From an uncultured virus (IMG/VR IMGVR_UViG_3300042556_003278) (Duplodnaviria > Heunggongvirae > Uroviricota > Caudoviricetes), in IMG/VR virus record IMGVR_UViG_3300042556_003278: DNA of 20,839 nt; one strand, given 5' to 3'. How positions within the stretch are numbered: position 1 is the stretch's first letter; every line of letters starts with the position of its first letter. Both the position numbers and the translations under genes were made by a program. The notes under the pieces are model-generated. The model searched no databases. It worked only from the letters and a program-made list of their open reading frames with translations, and was not told the DNA's origin. Below are positions 1-11,300 of this stretch, piece by piece.

Positions 1-907
1 AAAAGGAGACAAGGCTTTTGAGAAAGCAAAGTCTGAGGGGTGGGAACTTTATGAAGAAGGAAGTTTCCCGACTGGCTACAAAGCAGGCGAACGTGCAGCC
101 GACGGGCCGGACGACGAACAGCTAGTTACTATACAAACACCATCTGGAGGAAGTATAGTCGCTAAAGGAAAAAACATAAGTGATAATTTGTATGGCAGCA
201 ACAGGCGGGATATAGATCGCGCGGAGGCCGCTGAGGAATTCCAGCAACGTCTGGCCGAGAGGCGAAGAGATCGTAAGTTTGCCGAGGCCGAGCAACTTTC
301 CTCACGTCTTGCAGACAAAGGAATAGATCAGACGCCAACCAAGAAAGACGGCACCCCGGACGTCGACAGAATGCGGGGCATGCTGTCGGCGGCGACCTTC
401 CAAGAATGGGACGAAGCGGACCGAATGTTGGCGCAAGGACGCGCCCAGCAAAAATCTGACCGGCAGCGGTTGCGCCAAGTGAACATCGCACTCCGTGAGG
501 GCGGCGGCCGTGGGGGCCTGATGAGCAACGCGGAGCGTGCGGCTCTTGAATCGGAAGCAGCTAACTTACGCAACGCCACACAGTATATGAACGACGAGGC
601 TTTGCGCAGCTACGGCAGAGACTCCGAGCAAACCCGACTGGCGGAAATCCGCAAAGCCAACGAGATCGCCGAGGCGCAACGCAAACAGGCCAACGCTTTG
701 GCGACCAAAGCCGAGTCGGCGGGTTTTGTGATGTCCGACCAAGAACTGAGCGGCATGGGGCTTCCTTCACTGAGCGACGACAAGGCGTGGGAAGAAGCGC
801 TTAAAAATAATCCGATGTTGGAGCCGCTCTATAAAGCTCTCAAATCCTCCAAGAAAATTTCCCGCACCGGCAGAACTATGGCCGACGCGTTGACTGCACT
901 GACTTGA
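1..907 (+). CDS. 5'-truncated charged helical protein, probable internal virion/ejection protein
   Basis: The frame of ORF 188..907 is open back to base 2 (KGDKAFEKAKSEGWELYEEG...), so the true start lies upstream of the window. It is E/R/A-rich and helical-looking, and is followed after 1 nt by the next gene. Confidence 0.6.
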   Translation, partial: KGDKAFEKAKSEGWELYEEGSFPTGYKAGERAADGPDDEQLVTIQTPSGGSIVAKGKNISDNLYGSNRRDIDRAEAAEEFQQRLAERRRDRKFAEAEQLSSRLADKGIDQTPTKKDGTPDVDRMRGMLSAATFQEWDEADRMLAQGRAQQKSDRQRLRQVNIALREGGGRGGLMSNAERAALESEAANLRNATQYMNDEALRSYGRDSEQTRLAEIRKANEIAEAQRKQANALATKAESAGFVMSDQELSGMGLPSLSDDKAWEEALKNNPMLEPLYKALKSSKKISRTGRTMADALTALT

Positions 908-908
908 T

Positions 909-2309
909 ATGAAATACCGCCCTTACCGTTCGGTCTACAACGAAGAAGAAGATGAAGACAAATCTGTGTTTTCGTTCGAAGACGAATTTGGTTCGGACCC
1001 TTTGCTGCGCCGGTATGGGGTGACGCCGACTGCCGTCCGCGCGGCCACCGCCAATGCCGAGCTGGCCACGGCCAAGCGCTTGAACGCCGAGGCCGATCTT
1101 GAAGTAGCCCAAGCCGAACAAGAGGCCCGGATTGCCCCCCTGCGTGCGGTGGCGGACCGCTTCAAAATGATCAACGAGTTGTCTTCGCAGAAATACCAGT
1201 TGGAACAAGACGCTCGGACTAGAACGGCCGCTACCAGCATCAATGACTTGTTGCCGAAGATTGGCAGCGCCACGGAATTGGAGGAACTTATAGCCAATAA
1301 CTCCGACGGTCTTTTGGATAAAGAAACGAGCTTGCGGGTTGACGCCAGGCGTCTGCAACTGCGGACAAGGGACAAAGCCGAGCTGCGTTCCAAGTTGCCC
1401 AAGGCGATGTCCACCGCAGAGATCAATGATTTCAAAATGTGGGCTGGAGAGCGGCAGCTATTGGGCGATCCCGAAGTCACCAGTTTGTTTGACACTTGGA
1501 GTCAAGTTGCCGGGGAGAAGGAATCCTTGATGGAAGGTTTGCGCAATAAGGGCGTGCAGCAAATGCCAGTGACTCCAAGCTTGGAGTTCGATGTCGCTAC
1601 GGCAAGGGACGCACTGCGTGGGGAATACACCCGCCAGGATGTCTCTACAGATCGCACCATTCTGGAGAATCTTAATAGACAGCGCACGAGTATTCTGGAC
1701 CCGGATGCGCCTGAAGCTCAGGAACTGGACGAACAGATCAAGATGGTCACGGACCGTCTGTTGGCTGCGGGCAACCAGGGCTCGACCGAGCGGGCCCGTT
1801 CGCAGGAGATATTAAGCGGTCTAGGGGGAGCCGGTGAACAATTCGAGTCGGAGTCCGATAGTTTCATCTATGGTCCATCAAAACCCAAAGCCCCGGCCGC
1901 CGACCAGCCAACCGCGCCGCCTGCCCCCACGGAACCAACGCCAACACCCGCGCCGCCTGAACCTGAGTCGGAAGCTGAAGTCGCCCGAAAAGCCGAAGAG
2001 GAAAAAGTTACCGCCCAATCAGACCGTGCGGCCAACGATGTCGAGACTCTTACCGAAGAGCGTGATCGTCTCTACAAACGCGGTTATAAATTCTCTCCGA
2101 GCAAAGACCAACGTGAGACTTATGCCAGAGTTGACCAAGCGGTCAGCGATGCACGTAACGAAGAGGCTGACGCACGCCGTCAAAGGCGGGCCGAGATCGA
2201 CTCTCGTTTGAAAGAGATTGGCAAGTTCCCAAATGACCCTCAACTACGTGAAGAAGCTCAGGCTTTGATTGAAGAAAAACGCCGGTTGACTGGCGCTAAG
2301 ATTTTCTAA
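909..2309 (+). CDS. 466-aa probable internal virion/ejection protein (coiled-coil, Pro-rich linker)
   Basis: Long ORF packed between the previous gene and the giant gene. Charged helical composition with a PAPTEPTPTPAPPEP linker. Position parallels podoviral ejection-protein clusters; function is inferred from context. Confidence 0.6.
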   Translation: MKYRPYRSVYNEEEDEDKSVFSFEDEFGSDPLLRRYGVTPTAVRAATANAELATAKRLNAEADLEVAQAEQEARIAPLRAVADRFKMINELSSQKYQLEQDARTRTAATSINDLLPKIGSATELEELIANNSDGLLDKETSLRVDARRLQLRTRDKAELRSKLPKAMSTAEINDFKMWAGERQLLGDPEVTSLFDTWSQVAGEKESLMEGLRNKGVQQMPVTPSLEFDVATARDALRGEYTRQDVSTDRTILENLNRQRTSILDPDAPEAQELDEQIKMVTDRLLAAGNQGSTERARSQEILSGLGGAGEQFESESDSFIYGPSKPKAPAADQPTAPPAPTEPTPTPAPPEPESEAEVARKAEEEKVTAQSDRAANDVETLTEERDRLYKRGYKFSPSKDQRETYARVDQAVSDARNEEADARRQRRAEIDSRLKEIGKFPNDPQLREEAQALIEEKRRLTGAKIF

Positions 2310-2315
2310 TTAACC

Positions 2316-5300
2316 ATGCTGCGGAAACCACGCTCATGGGTTGAGATCGAGGAGGACGAAGAGTTTCAAAGTCTTGCTCCCGATCGCAAACTCAAAATCC
2401 TCAACGACTGGTCGACCGCCGTCCAAGACTACGGACTGAGCACGGGAGCGACCCCGGACAATGCCGGGTTCGGCAAGATCCGTGGTTTCCGGGACCAGAA
2501 GGCCCAGGAATACGAGACGCTGCTAAACCCGCCAGCGGAACCGGATAAACCGTTTTTCCGTTTGGGGGATGTGGCATCCGCGCTCGGGGGCGTGCCGAAG
2601 GATTTATATTACGGAGTGCCGGTGGCGGCCCGCCGGTTAGGTGAGGGTCTGGTGCGTCCCGACCAATATTCGGCCGAGTCCCAACAGGCCTTTGCCGAGG
2701 AGCGCCGACGGCTGGAGGAGGAACAAAAACTCCAGCAGGAACGCGAGTTGCGCGGGGAGTCTTCGACGATGGGCGATTGGATTCGGCAAGCCAGCGACAG
2801 CGCGGCGTTCTCGATCGCGAACATGGGCGTCGCGCTCCCGGCATCGGCAGCAGCCGGTGCGGCTGTCAGCGCGGCGTTTCCCCCGGCGGCACCGATCACC
2901 GGTCCCCTAACCACGGCGGCAGCGGCCGGTGCGGCCATGCTCACTTCGGCTCCGGTAGCTTACCGGATCGCGGGCAACCAGTTTTTGGATGACGCGTTCA
3001 ATGAACTGACCAAACAAAAAGGCGAGCCTTTAACCGAAGAGGAGCGTGACAAAGCATACAATGAACTTTTGCCGATCGCGCAAAATACTGCTTTGTGGGA
3101 AGCGGGTCCAGAAGCCGTGGGCAACGCCGTCACTTTAGGCGTCGGTAAATTTGTTTTTGGGTTCGGAAAAGACGCGGCAGTCGACTTGGCGGCCAAAGCG
3201 CTGGGCAAAGCCGGTCAGACCGCGAGCAAAGATTTTGCGGCAGGCGCGGCGTTAAAATCCTTGCAGGCGGCAGGGGTCAAGGCTCCGTCGGCCGAGCTGA
3301 TTGAAGCCACGGCCGATAAGGCCATGAAGGAGGCGGCCAAGACCGGCATTCGCAGGGCTGTCGAAAAGAGCGCGGCTGTGTTGGGCGATGTGGGGGTAGA
3401 GACGACCACTGAAGCCATTACCCAGACACAGCAGGGGTATGATCAGGGCCGGATGCAGCAATACGTGCAGACAGGGTCGACGGAGGGTGCGGTCAACGAA
3501 TACGAGGGGCTGGCCGGATTTGGCAAAGCCTACAAAGAAGTGTTCGGCCCCACGATCGCCACGCTTGGGATGTTCGGGGCCACGGCGGGCGGGATCAAGG
3601 CGGCCTCGATGGCTTTGCCCGGCAACAACCAGAAAAAGAAAGAAGAGACGATCGACAACATTGTGGCCGGTGCGGCTGCTATTGCCGACAACCTCAATAA
3701 AAGCGGCGCACCGCAAACGGCCAAAGCCATGTCTGACGTGGCGGCCAAACAGGCGTCGGCTGTTTTGCGGACTCAGCAAAATGAAGAAGATCTTGTCGAC
3801 GAGACGACCAGGGAACTTCTCGACGATCTGGAAGCCAAAGCTGCAGAGGAGAAAAAGAATCAGCCGGGTAAACCGACCGCAACTTTCGATACTCCCGAGG
3901 CGGAGTCGCTTGACGCTTTGGAACGCTACCGCCGGGGCGAGCTTACCATGGACCAACTGGCGGCGACCAATGCCCGTCTGCAAATCCAACAGCGCAACGT
4001 GGCACGGGGCGAGGGCGACAATCCGCTTCAGCAATACGTTGATAAATCCAAGCTCTATTCCAACGACGTCCTTAATCTTCTTTCCCAATACGGCGGCATC
4101 GAGGCCGAGACCCTGGCTGATGTCTCCAATCCCGAGGCGGTCGTAGCTTGGCTGCAGCGCAACGACATCGGACCCCGGAACCGGGCGTGGCGCGGACGCG
4201 AGCTGACGCCATTCGGGGACCAGGGAGCCGGGACCCCGCTCTTCGATCAAGCTCCCAAGCCCGCAGCAGTAACTCTGACACCGGCACCGGCCCCTGCGCC
4301 CGAACCTGTGGTTGAGGAGCCACCGGCCGCCGTCAAGATTCCGGACCAGTTTACTCCCGATGCTCTGGCCGCCCAACCCGATGACGAGTTCAACGAGAAC
4401 GAACGGGTCGTGGCCGGGGCGGTCGAGCGTCTGCCCGAGGGTGACCCTCGTCGCGTGGCGGCCCAGCAGGCATTGTCGAATATCCAAGCTGAGCGCGCCC
4501 GTCGCACTCCGGCTCCTGCGGCGGCAACACCTGCACCGGCAGCGGTAACACCGACACCGGCACCCGCTACTCCTGCGTCCGCAGCACCAGCTCCCGCACC
4601 TGCACCTGCACCAGCACCGGCACCTGAAACTCCGGACGTCGATCCTTACTCGCCCGAGGAACTAGCCAAACTGACCGACGATGAACTGGACGAGGAGGCC
4701 ACGTTGGCCCAGCGCCGGGCCGAGTTGGTCGGCACGTTCGGGAACATGGGCGTGGGCGTCGAGGCCGAAGCAGCCGAGGCCAATGATGTGTTGGGCAAGG
4801 TTACGGCGGAGATTAACCGGCGTAAGCAACCGGCAGCACCGGGGGCTACCAATCCTTTTGAGCAGTCGGGCGTGGTAGTGACTGGGACCGGAGGAGTTCC
4901 TACTGATCCGAACAGGCTGGACGCCACAACACTTGAGCAAAAAAATCCGCTGGGTTTGCGAGTCGCCGCAAAAGCTCCAAGCGGTGAAGTCGTCGTCGGT
5001 AAAACTGGCGAAGCGCATTTTAATCTTGAATACCCTGAAGGGTCAGATCTGGGGTTTGTTGATAGGGATGGCAACTACCTAACTCGCGCAGAAGCAGCTA
5101 AAGCCCAGACCCAAGCTCTAAGTAGTGCTATGGCACCCGCATCACCTACACCCGCTTCTTCTGCGTCAGGGGTGACAACCACCCAGCCCAAACCCACGGC
5201 CACAGCACCCAAACCTGCAACCCAAGAGGGCGACTTGGTCCTGACCAATGATCCGCTACCGGAAGCGCCCAAGAACCAGCAGCCCAAGCCCCGTCAACAA

Positions 5301-8300
5301 GTCGGCCCGTCTCCGGACCAACCGGAACTTTCTTTGCCGGAGGGAACCGAGGGTGCACCGCGCGATGCGGGCCTGACCCAGGGACTCAGGGCCCAAGGAA
5401 CTAAAGTTACCAAACCTTCCGAGGCCGAGGCTCAATACCGTGAGCAGCTCATGGCCGAGGCCCGTGCCGCCCGCCGGATCAGCCCGGTGCGTTCGGTCGA
5501 CCAGGTGGCCGAAGAACTTAAAGGCAAGTTCTGGGTGCCTGCGACGTTTCGTTCAGAAGTGCGTCGTCGCGCCTATGCCCGCCAGCTTCTTGATGCAGCT
5601 CGTGATGCGCGTTTTGCCGAGGCGGGCGTGACGCCGCAACGCGTCAATCCTGAGAGCGCGACCGAGAACGAGATCTACGAGAAAGCCCTGGCCCGCCGCA
5701 GCGTGCCGTCGCTCAAGACTATTTACGGACGTCTGACCAAAGAGGCCGGGGTCTCCACTAAAAAATCAGGCAACCTGCAACAGGACGCGGCCAACCAAGC
5801 CAAAACCGACCAACTGCGCGATCAGGCCCGTGCTGTCTCGACCGAGGCCAATCGGGTTGCGGCGGCTTCGCTGGGTATCCCGAATCCCGAGGCTATTACG
5901 TTCGCCCCGGACTACACGGGCAAAACCAACAACCTGCCGCAGCGCAACACTGTGCGAGAGGACGGCGTGTCGGTTGTGGAGAACGTCTTTGTCAACGACC
6001 CCGAGATCACCGCGCGTCAGATCGACCGGGGCATGGAAGTCACCGTGCCCAAGGAGATGCGCGGCAGTGTGATCGACGGCATTACTTTTAACCGCAAGAC
6101 CGGCAAGGTCACGGCTGCCGCCAGCACGATGGGCGATGGCATCATCGTCTCCAAGCCGGGGCAACTGGAGTCTTACGCAGGAGACGTCAGGACCAAACTC
6201 GAAGAGAATTTCACTATTCCCGAGGAAGGTCGCGGCGATGCGTTGGTCGAGCGAGTCCGCAACTTCGAGCCGAAGAAGCAAGAAGAGTTCCGCCGAATTC
6301 AACGCGAGATTTCCGAAGCCACAGTCAACCTGCCGGGCGAATACGACGGACGGGTCAAATACGCCGCCATGATCATCGCCGGGGAGGCACTCGACAAAAA
6401 TGTGTCGATTAACGCCACCACGGCCCTCAAGCAATCTTTCCGCAAATTCTTTGACAAGATCAAACGTCGCGAAGGGGTCTTCAAACTGTCGCTTGACGCC
6501 GGAGTCAACGCTGATGACGACACCACTTGGATTGACTTGACCCCTGATCCAACGGGCGATGCTGCCGATACCAGGTCGCCCGGAGGCCGGGTCGGTGCGC
6601 AGACCAAACGCGTGGATAAGCGGGGCACGGATCGCCTGCAGCGCGTCATGACAGTGGCCGAGGCCGAGAAGACCGTGGCTGGCATCAACAGCAAATTGGA
6701 GTTTGGTGAGCAACTGACCGAGGCCGAACAGGCGTTGTTTGACCCCGCGCGGCGCATGCTCATGACGCGCGACACACTGCAAGCCCAAGGGGCTCTCAAC
6801 AAAATACCCGCAAACCGCAGGCGCGGTTTGACCATGTCCGAGTTGGAGGAACTAGGGGGCCAGGGGATCAGGGGATTTGCGGAGGAGCAGACTCAAGACT
6901 TACGCACTGATTTGCCGGATGACGCAGTCCAGTCGGCGGACTCTTTGGTCAACCCCGACGATGAGCGCACCGAGGTATCACAGGATGCAATTCGTCGGAC
7001 CATCGAACTGATCGAACAAGCGGCCCAGGAATTTTTAGGGATCAACAATATACAAGACACCCGCGTGGCCAGCACGCGGATGTACGTGACACCGGGCGAA
7101 CCGAACACAGTGTTCATCAACGCCGAGAACTTGGCGCGTGATCTTGACGGCGTCGATCCCGATGCGGCGTTGGCCTATCTCAAAAAACTTTTGAACCACG
7201 AGCACCGGCACCTGGGTCTGTTTCGTGGAGTAAGTCGTATTACGCTGGATGAGATCGGGGTTTCTTTAACAAAGAAGCAACTGCGTGAGATCGCGGAGAC
7301 TTACTACGCCAACTACACATTCAACAGCGAGGAGCTGCGTGAGCAGGCGATCCAGAAGTTTATCGGCGTGGCTGGAATGAGCGATGCTGAATTGAGAGGC
7401 ATTGTTAACGGCACTAATGGGTTGCTTATTATACCGACGAATGCGTCACGGAACCCGCGCTATGGTTTAACAGAGACACAACTTCGCGATTTTGGAAACC
7501 AAACTATAGATACTATCCGCAAATTGTTGAGCCCTGCGCTCAAGGACAAAGCGTCTGTTCTGCAGGAATTCAAAAACAAAACAGAGTTTGTATCTACGAT
7601 ACCGAAATTGGATGCTATTAGAACTGCTGTTTCTTCAACAGATATTATAGATGCTTTTGTAAGATCTGGATTTGTTTATGAGTCTACAGTTGTAGAAAAA
7701 GACGTAGCTACCCAGTCTCGGCAAACGCTGTCTTCGAGTAAGTATACTTTAGCTGCCGTCGAATACATCACGATTCTTTCGGAACGGCTCCAGAGCGGCG
7801 AGTCGGTGCAGGACATCGGCGAAATTCCAAAGACGATCGTGGCCAAGGTCATCGCGGCTTTGAAGGCCGTGCTGCGCCAGTTACAGACCCGCCTGTTGCT
7901 TGTCCGCCAGCAGAACGCGGTGTTTTCTCAAGCCATCAAAAACCTGGAGAGCGGGATCAAGGCGCTGGAAATGGAGTCGCGGTTGGGCGAAGCCATCGAC
8001 GCGGCGACTGCGGGCGACCAGGCGGCGTTGGACGCGATCTACCAGTCGGAGGCTGGACTTACGGCACCACAGGATGATGTGACTCCGCAAATGGACGCCG
8101 ACTACCTAGCAGCAGTCGAGCGCGGCGACATGGAGACGGCGCAGCGGATGGTGGATGAGGCGGCGAGGGCTGCGGGTTATACAGTCGAAGCGTGGCACGG
8201 AACTAAAAAGGATTTCGAAGTATTTGAGCGTTCCAAAACAGGTTCTTTAGGCCCTGGCATTTATTTCTTCTTAACGGAAAACGCCGCTCAAGAGTGGGCA

Positions 8301-11300
8301 AAATCAAATCGTTTAAGCGGCGGGCAATCGAGAGTAGTGAAAGTGTTGCTCAACACAGGAAATGTATTTGACGTTGACGCAATAAATAGTGGAGACGTTG
8401 CTGTCTCTGACAGTTTTAACCCTAATGCCACAACTCTAAGGGCGGGGAACGAAATTGTTATTCAGGATTCTAGTCAGGCTAAATCTGCGGACCCCGTCGC
8501 CCGTGACGCCCAAGGCAACGTCATCCCGCTGAGTCAGCGGTTTAACGCGGAGAGCGACAACATTTTTATGTCCGAAGCCGACTTCGGCGTGGACGACAAT
8601 GGCGAAGTCCGTCCTGTCGGACCGCTCGACCGGATCAGCTACAGCGTCAAGATCAACGGCATTCGGGTAGAGACAACGGCCAAGGACCCACAAATTGCCG
8701 CGCGTAACGCGGTCTTCCGCATGTTCAAGGCGCGGGAGGCTGTGCCGTTCGAGGGCCAGACTTACCGCAGTCCTCAAGCTCTGATCAAAGCGATCACGGC
8801 CAGTGGATCGCGGGTCTTTGGCGCGGCCAACTGGGGCCGCAAGTTCTCCAAGCCGACGGTGCGCAAAGCCGTCGATGGCACTGCGATGCTCCCGGCTCGT
8901 CCGTCCGAACAGGCCGAGTTGCCCCTGATCTTTCCGTCCATGGCCCAGACAGCGCGAGTCCGCGTGGGCCAGGCCAGTCCGGACGGGCGGCCCAAGGGCG
9001 GGTTCTGGGACAATCTCAAGGCCATGGTGCGGGGACGTTACAGCGAGACCAAGCGCAAGGTGGGCGGCATCACTTCGTCCGGACGTGCGACTCCGTTGGA
9101 GCGCGAGGTCATCGCCAAGCAACAGGCCAAGATCCAGTCGCTCATGTTCAAAGTTGAGACGATCACCAAGAGCTTGGGGCGCGAGTTGAAGAAAGTCCGC
9201 AAGGCCAACAAGGAGGCGGTCCCGCCCGAGTTAATCAATACGGCGTTGGGTACAACAGAGAACCCCTACACCGACGATCAGGTCAAACAGCTCAACAAGA
9301 CCAAGGACGCTAAGGCCCGCGCTAAGCTCCAGGAACAATTTCGCGCTGACAACGTGAAGGAGGCCCGGCGGATGAGCAACGAGGCTTTGGCTCAGCTCCC
9401 CGGATACAACCCCAAATACGACGGTGTCGACCAATTCCATACGGGCGTGGCTAAACACGTCCTCGACATGCGCAACTATGTGGACGAACTGAGCCGGTTC
9501 TTGATGGAGGGCGGCTACATTCCGGCCAATCTCAAGGCGGTGATCGAGACCAACCTGGGCGTGTATCTGCACCGTTCGTACACTATTTACGACAATCCTC
9601 TGTGGAAAAAATTTATGTTCGATCCGCAGACCGATGAGCATCTCCGTATTCGGGCAGATGCAATGCGGCTGTTTAATCGTTACGCGGTGGCTGAGATTGC
9701 CCGTGAGTTGCGGGATGAGGCTCAAAAAAGCGGGGCTCCTATCTCCCAACGCGACGCGTTACGCTTGGCTTCACGTCAACGCGACAAGATCGCCGATCGG
9801 GCCAGCAATTTGTTGACCGAGTATCTCAGTGTTGCCGACGACAAGAGCTACAACTTCTTCGTCACGGGCGAGCTGCCGGGTGAGCGCAAGCTGGACATCA
9901 TCAAAGTGCGCGGCCAGATCCCCAAGGAGATCCGAGAGCTGTGGGGCGAGATCAAGGACGCCGAGACCAACTTCACCAAGACGATCGGCAAGATGGCCGG
10001 GTTCATCGCGGCGACCGACACGTCCCGAGAACTGGTTCGGATCGGCTTGGAGAACAACTACATGTGGAAAAAAGGCGTCTCCAAGGGCGAGCGCCCGGCC
10101 GGATTCCACCTGATCTACAAAAAAGGCGAGGTAAACCCGAGCGCGGTCAGTCCGCTGGACGACGTTTATGCGCCTGAGGAAGTCGGAGCTTTTATGCGCT
10201 CGTTCCGCGACCGTAAGACCCTGGACGGCTGGGCCAAGTATTTCTCGTTTTTCACAGCTCAAACCATGGCGATGAAGACAATCGGCAACCCGCCACAATC
10301 CTATGTAAGAAACTTTTTGGGTAACATATTGCTAATGATTAACGCGGGCTACGTTATGCCCACTGCGCCGGGACAGATGTGGCAGTCCATGAAGAAGGCC
10401 GCCAAAGTGGCGTTGTCTAGCTCTAATCTCAGGCTCGATGAAGCGATGACTCAGACGGTGCAGGAGGCTATTGCTCGTGGATTAGTGGCTGACAACGTAG
10501 AGTCCAGCCTGATGAAAGAGATGGTCGACGAAAGCGTCGGCGAAGCCGGATTCAAACAACTTTACGAGGCCAGGGCTTTTGAAACGGCTTTTGAAAAAGC
10601 AAAACGAAAAAGCACGGGGGCCATTCGCACTTCGTTTAACGCATTGGCGAAAGTTTACCAAGGCGTTGACGATTTTTGGAAAATCTTTGCTTTTGAAATG
10701 GAGAAATTTCAGCAGCGTAAAGCACATCCGAAGTGGTCCGCCGAGCAACTGGCGGACGAAGCGGCTCGCCGGGTGCGCGACAAAATCCCCACGTATAGCC
10801 TTTCGCCGGAGCTGACCAAAGAGATCCGGCGGATTCCGTTTCTGGCCCCGTTCATCACGTGGACGAGTGAAGTAATACGCACCAGTGCCAACAATCTTGC
10901 GATTGCGCGTGAAGACATTCGGGTTGGCAACGAGACCGGGAATAGGCAAATGAGGCAAAACGGCTACCGAGCTATCTACGGGGCGGGAGCGGCCTATGCG
11001 TTTTTCCCGGTGCTGGCGGCGATTACTAAGTCAATGTTTGGCTACGATGAGGAAGACGAGGACGCGTATCGCCGGGGGCTACCAGAGTACGAGCAAAACG
11101 CGACTTTGATATTTTATGGTCCAAGAGAAGACGGCAGAGCTTCACACTTTAATGTAAGCTATTTAGACCCGTTTCAGATGCGGTTGGAAGGACCGACGGC
11201 ATTTTTCCGGGCGTTGCGCAACGAGGAGCCGCTGACGGATGCGTCAATAGCGGCTTTGCGCGAAGTGTTGCGTCCGGTGTTTTCGGAACAGTTGTTTTTC

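Noticed and set aside
4260..4630. Short tandem repeats as a CRISPR or DGR-like array
   Set aside because: They are degenerate 6-nt codon repeats encoding Ala-Pro, with no spacers and no cas or RT gene.
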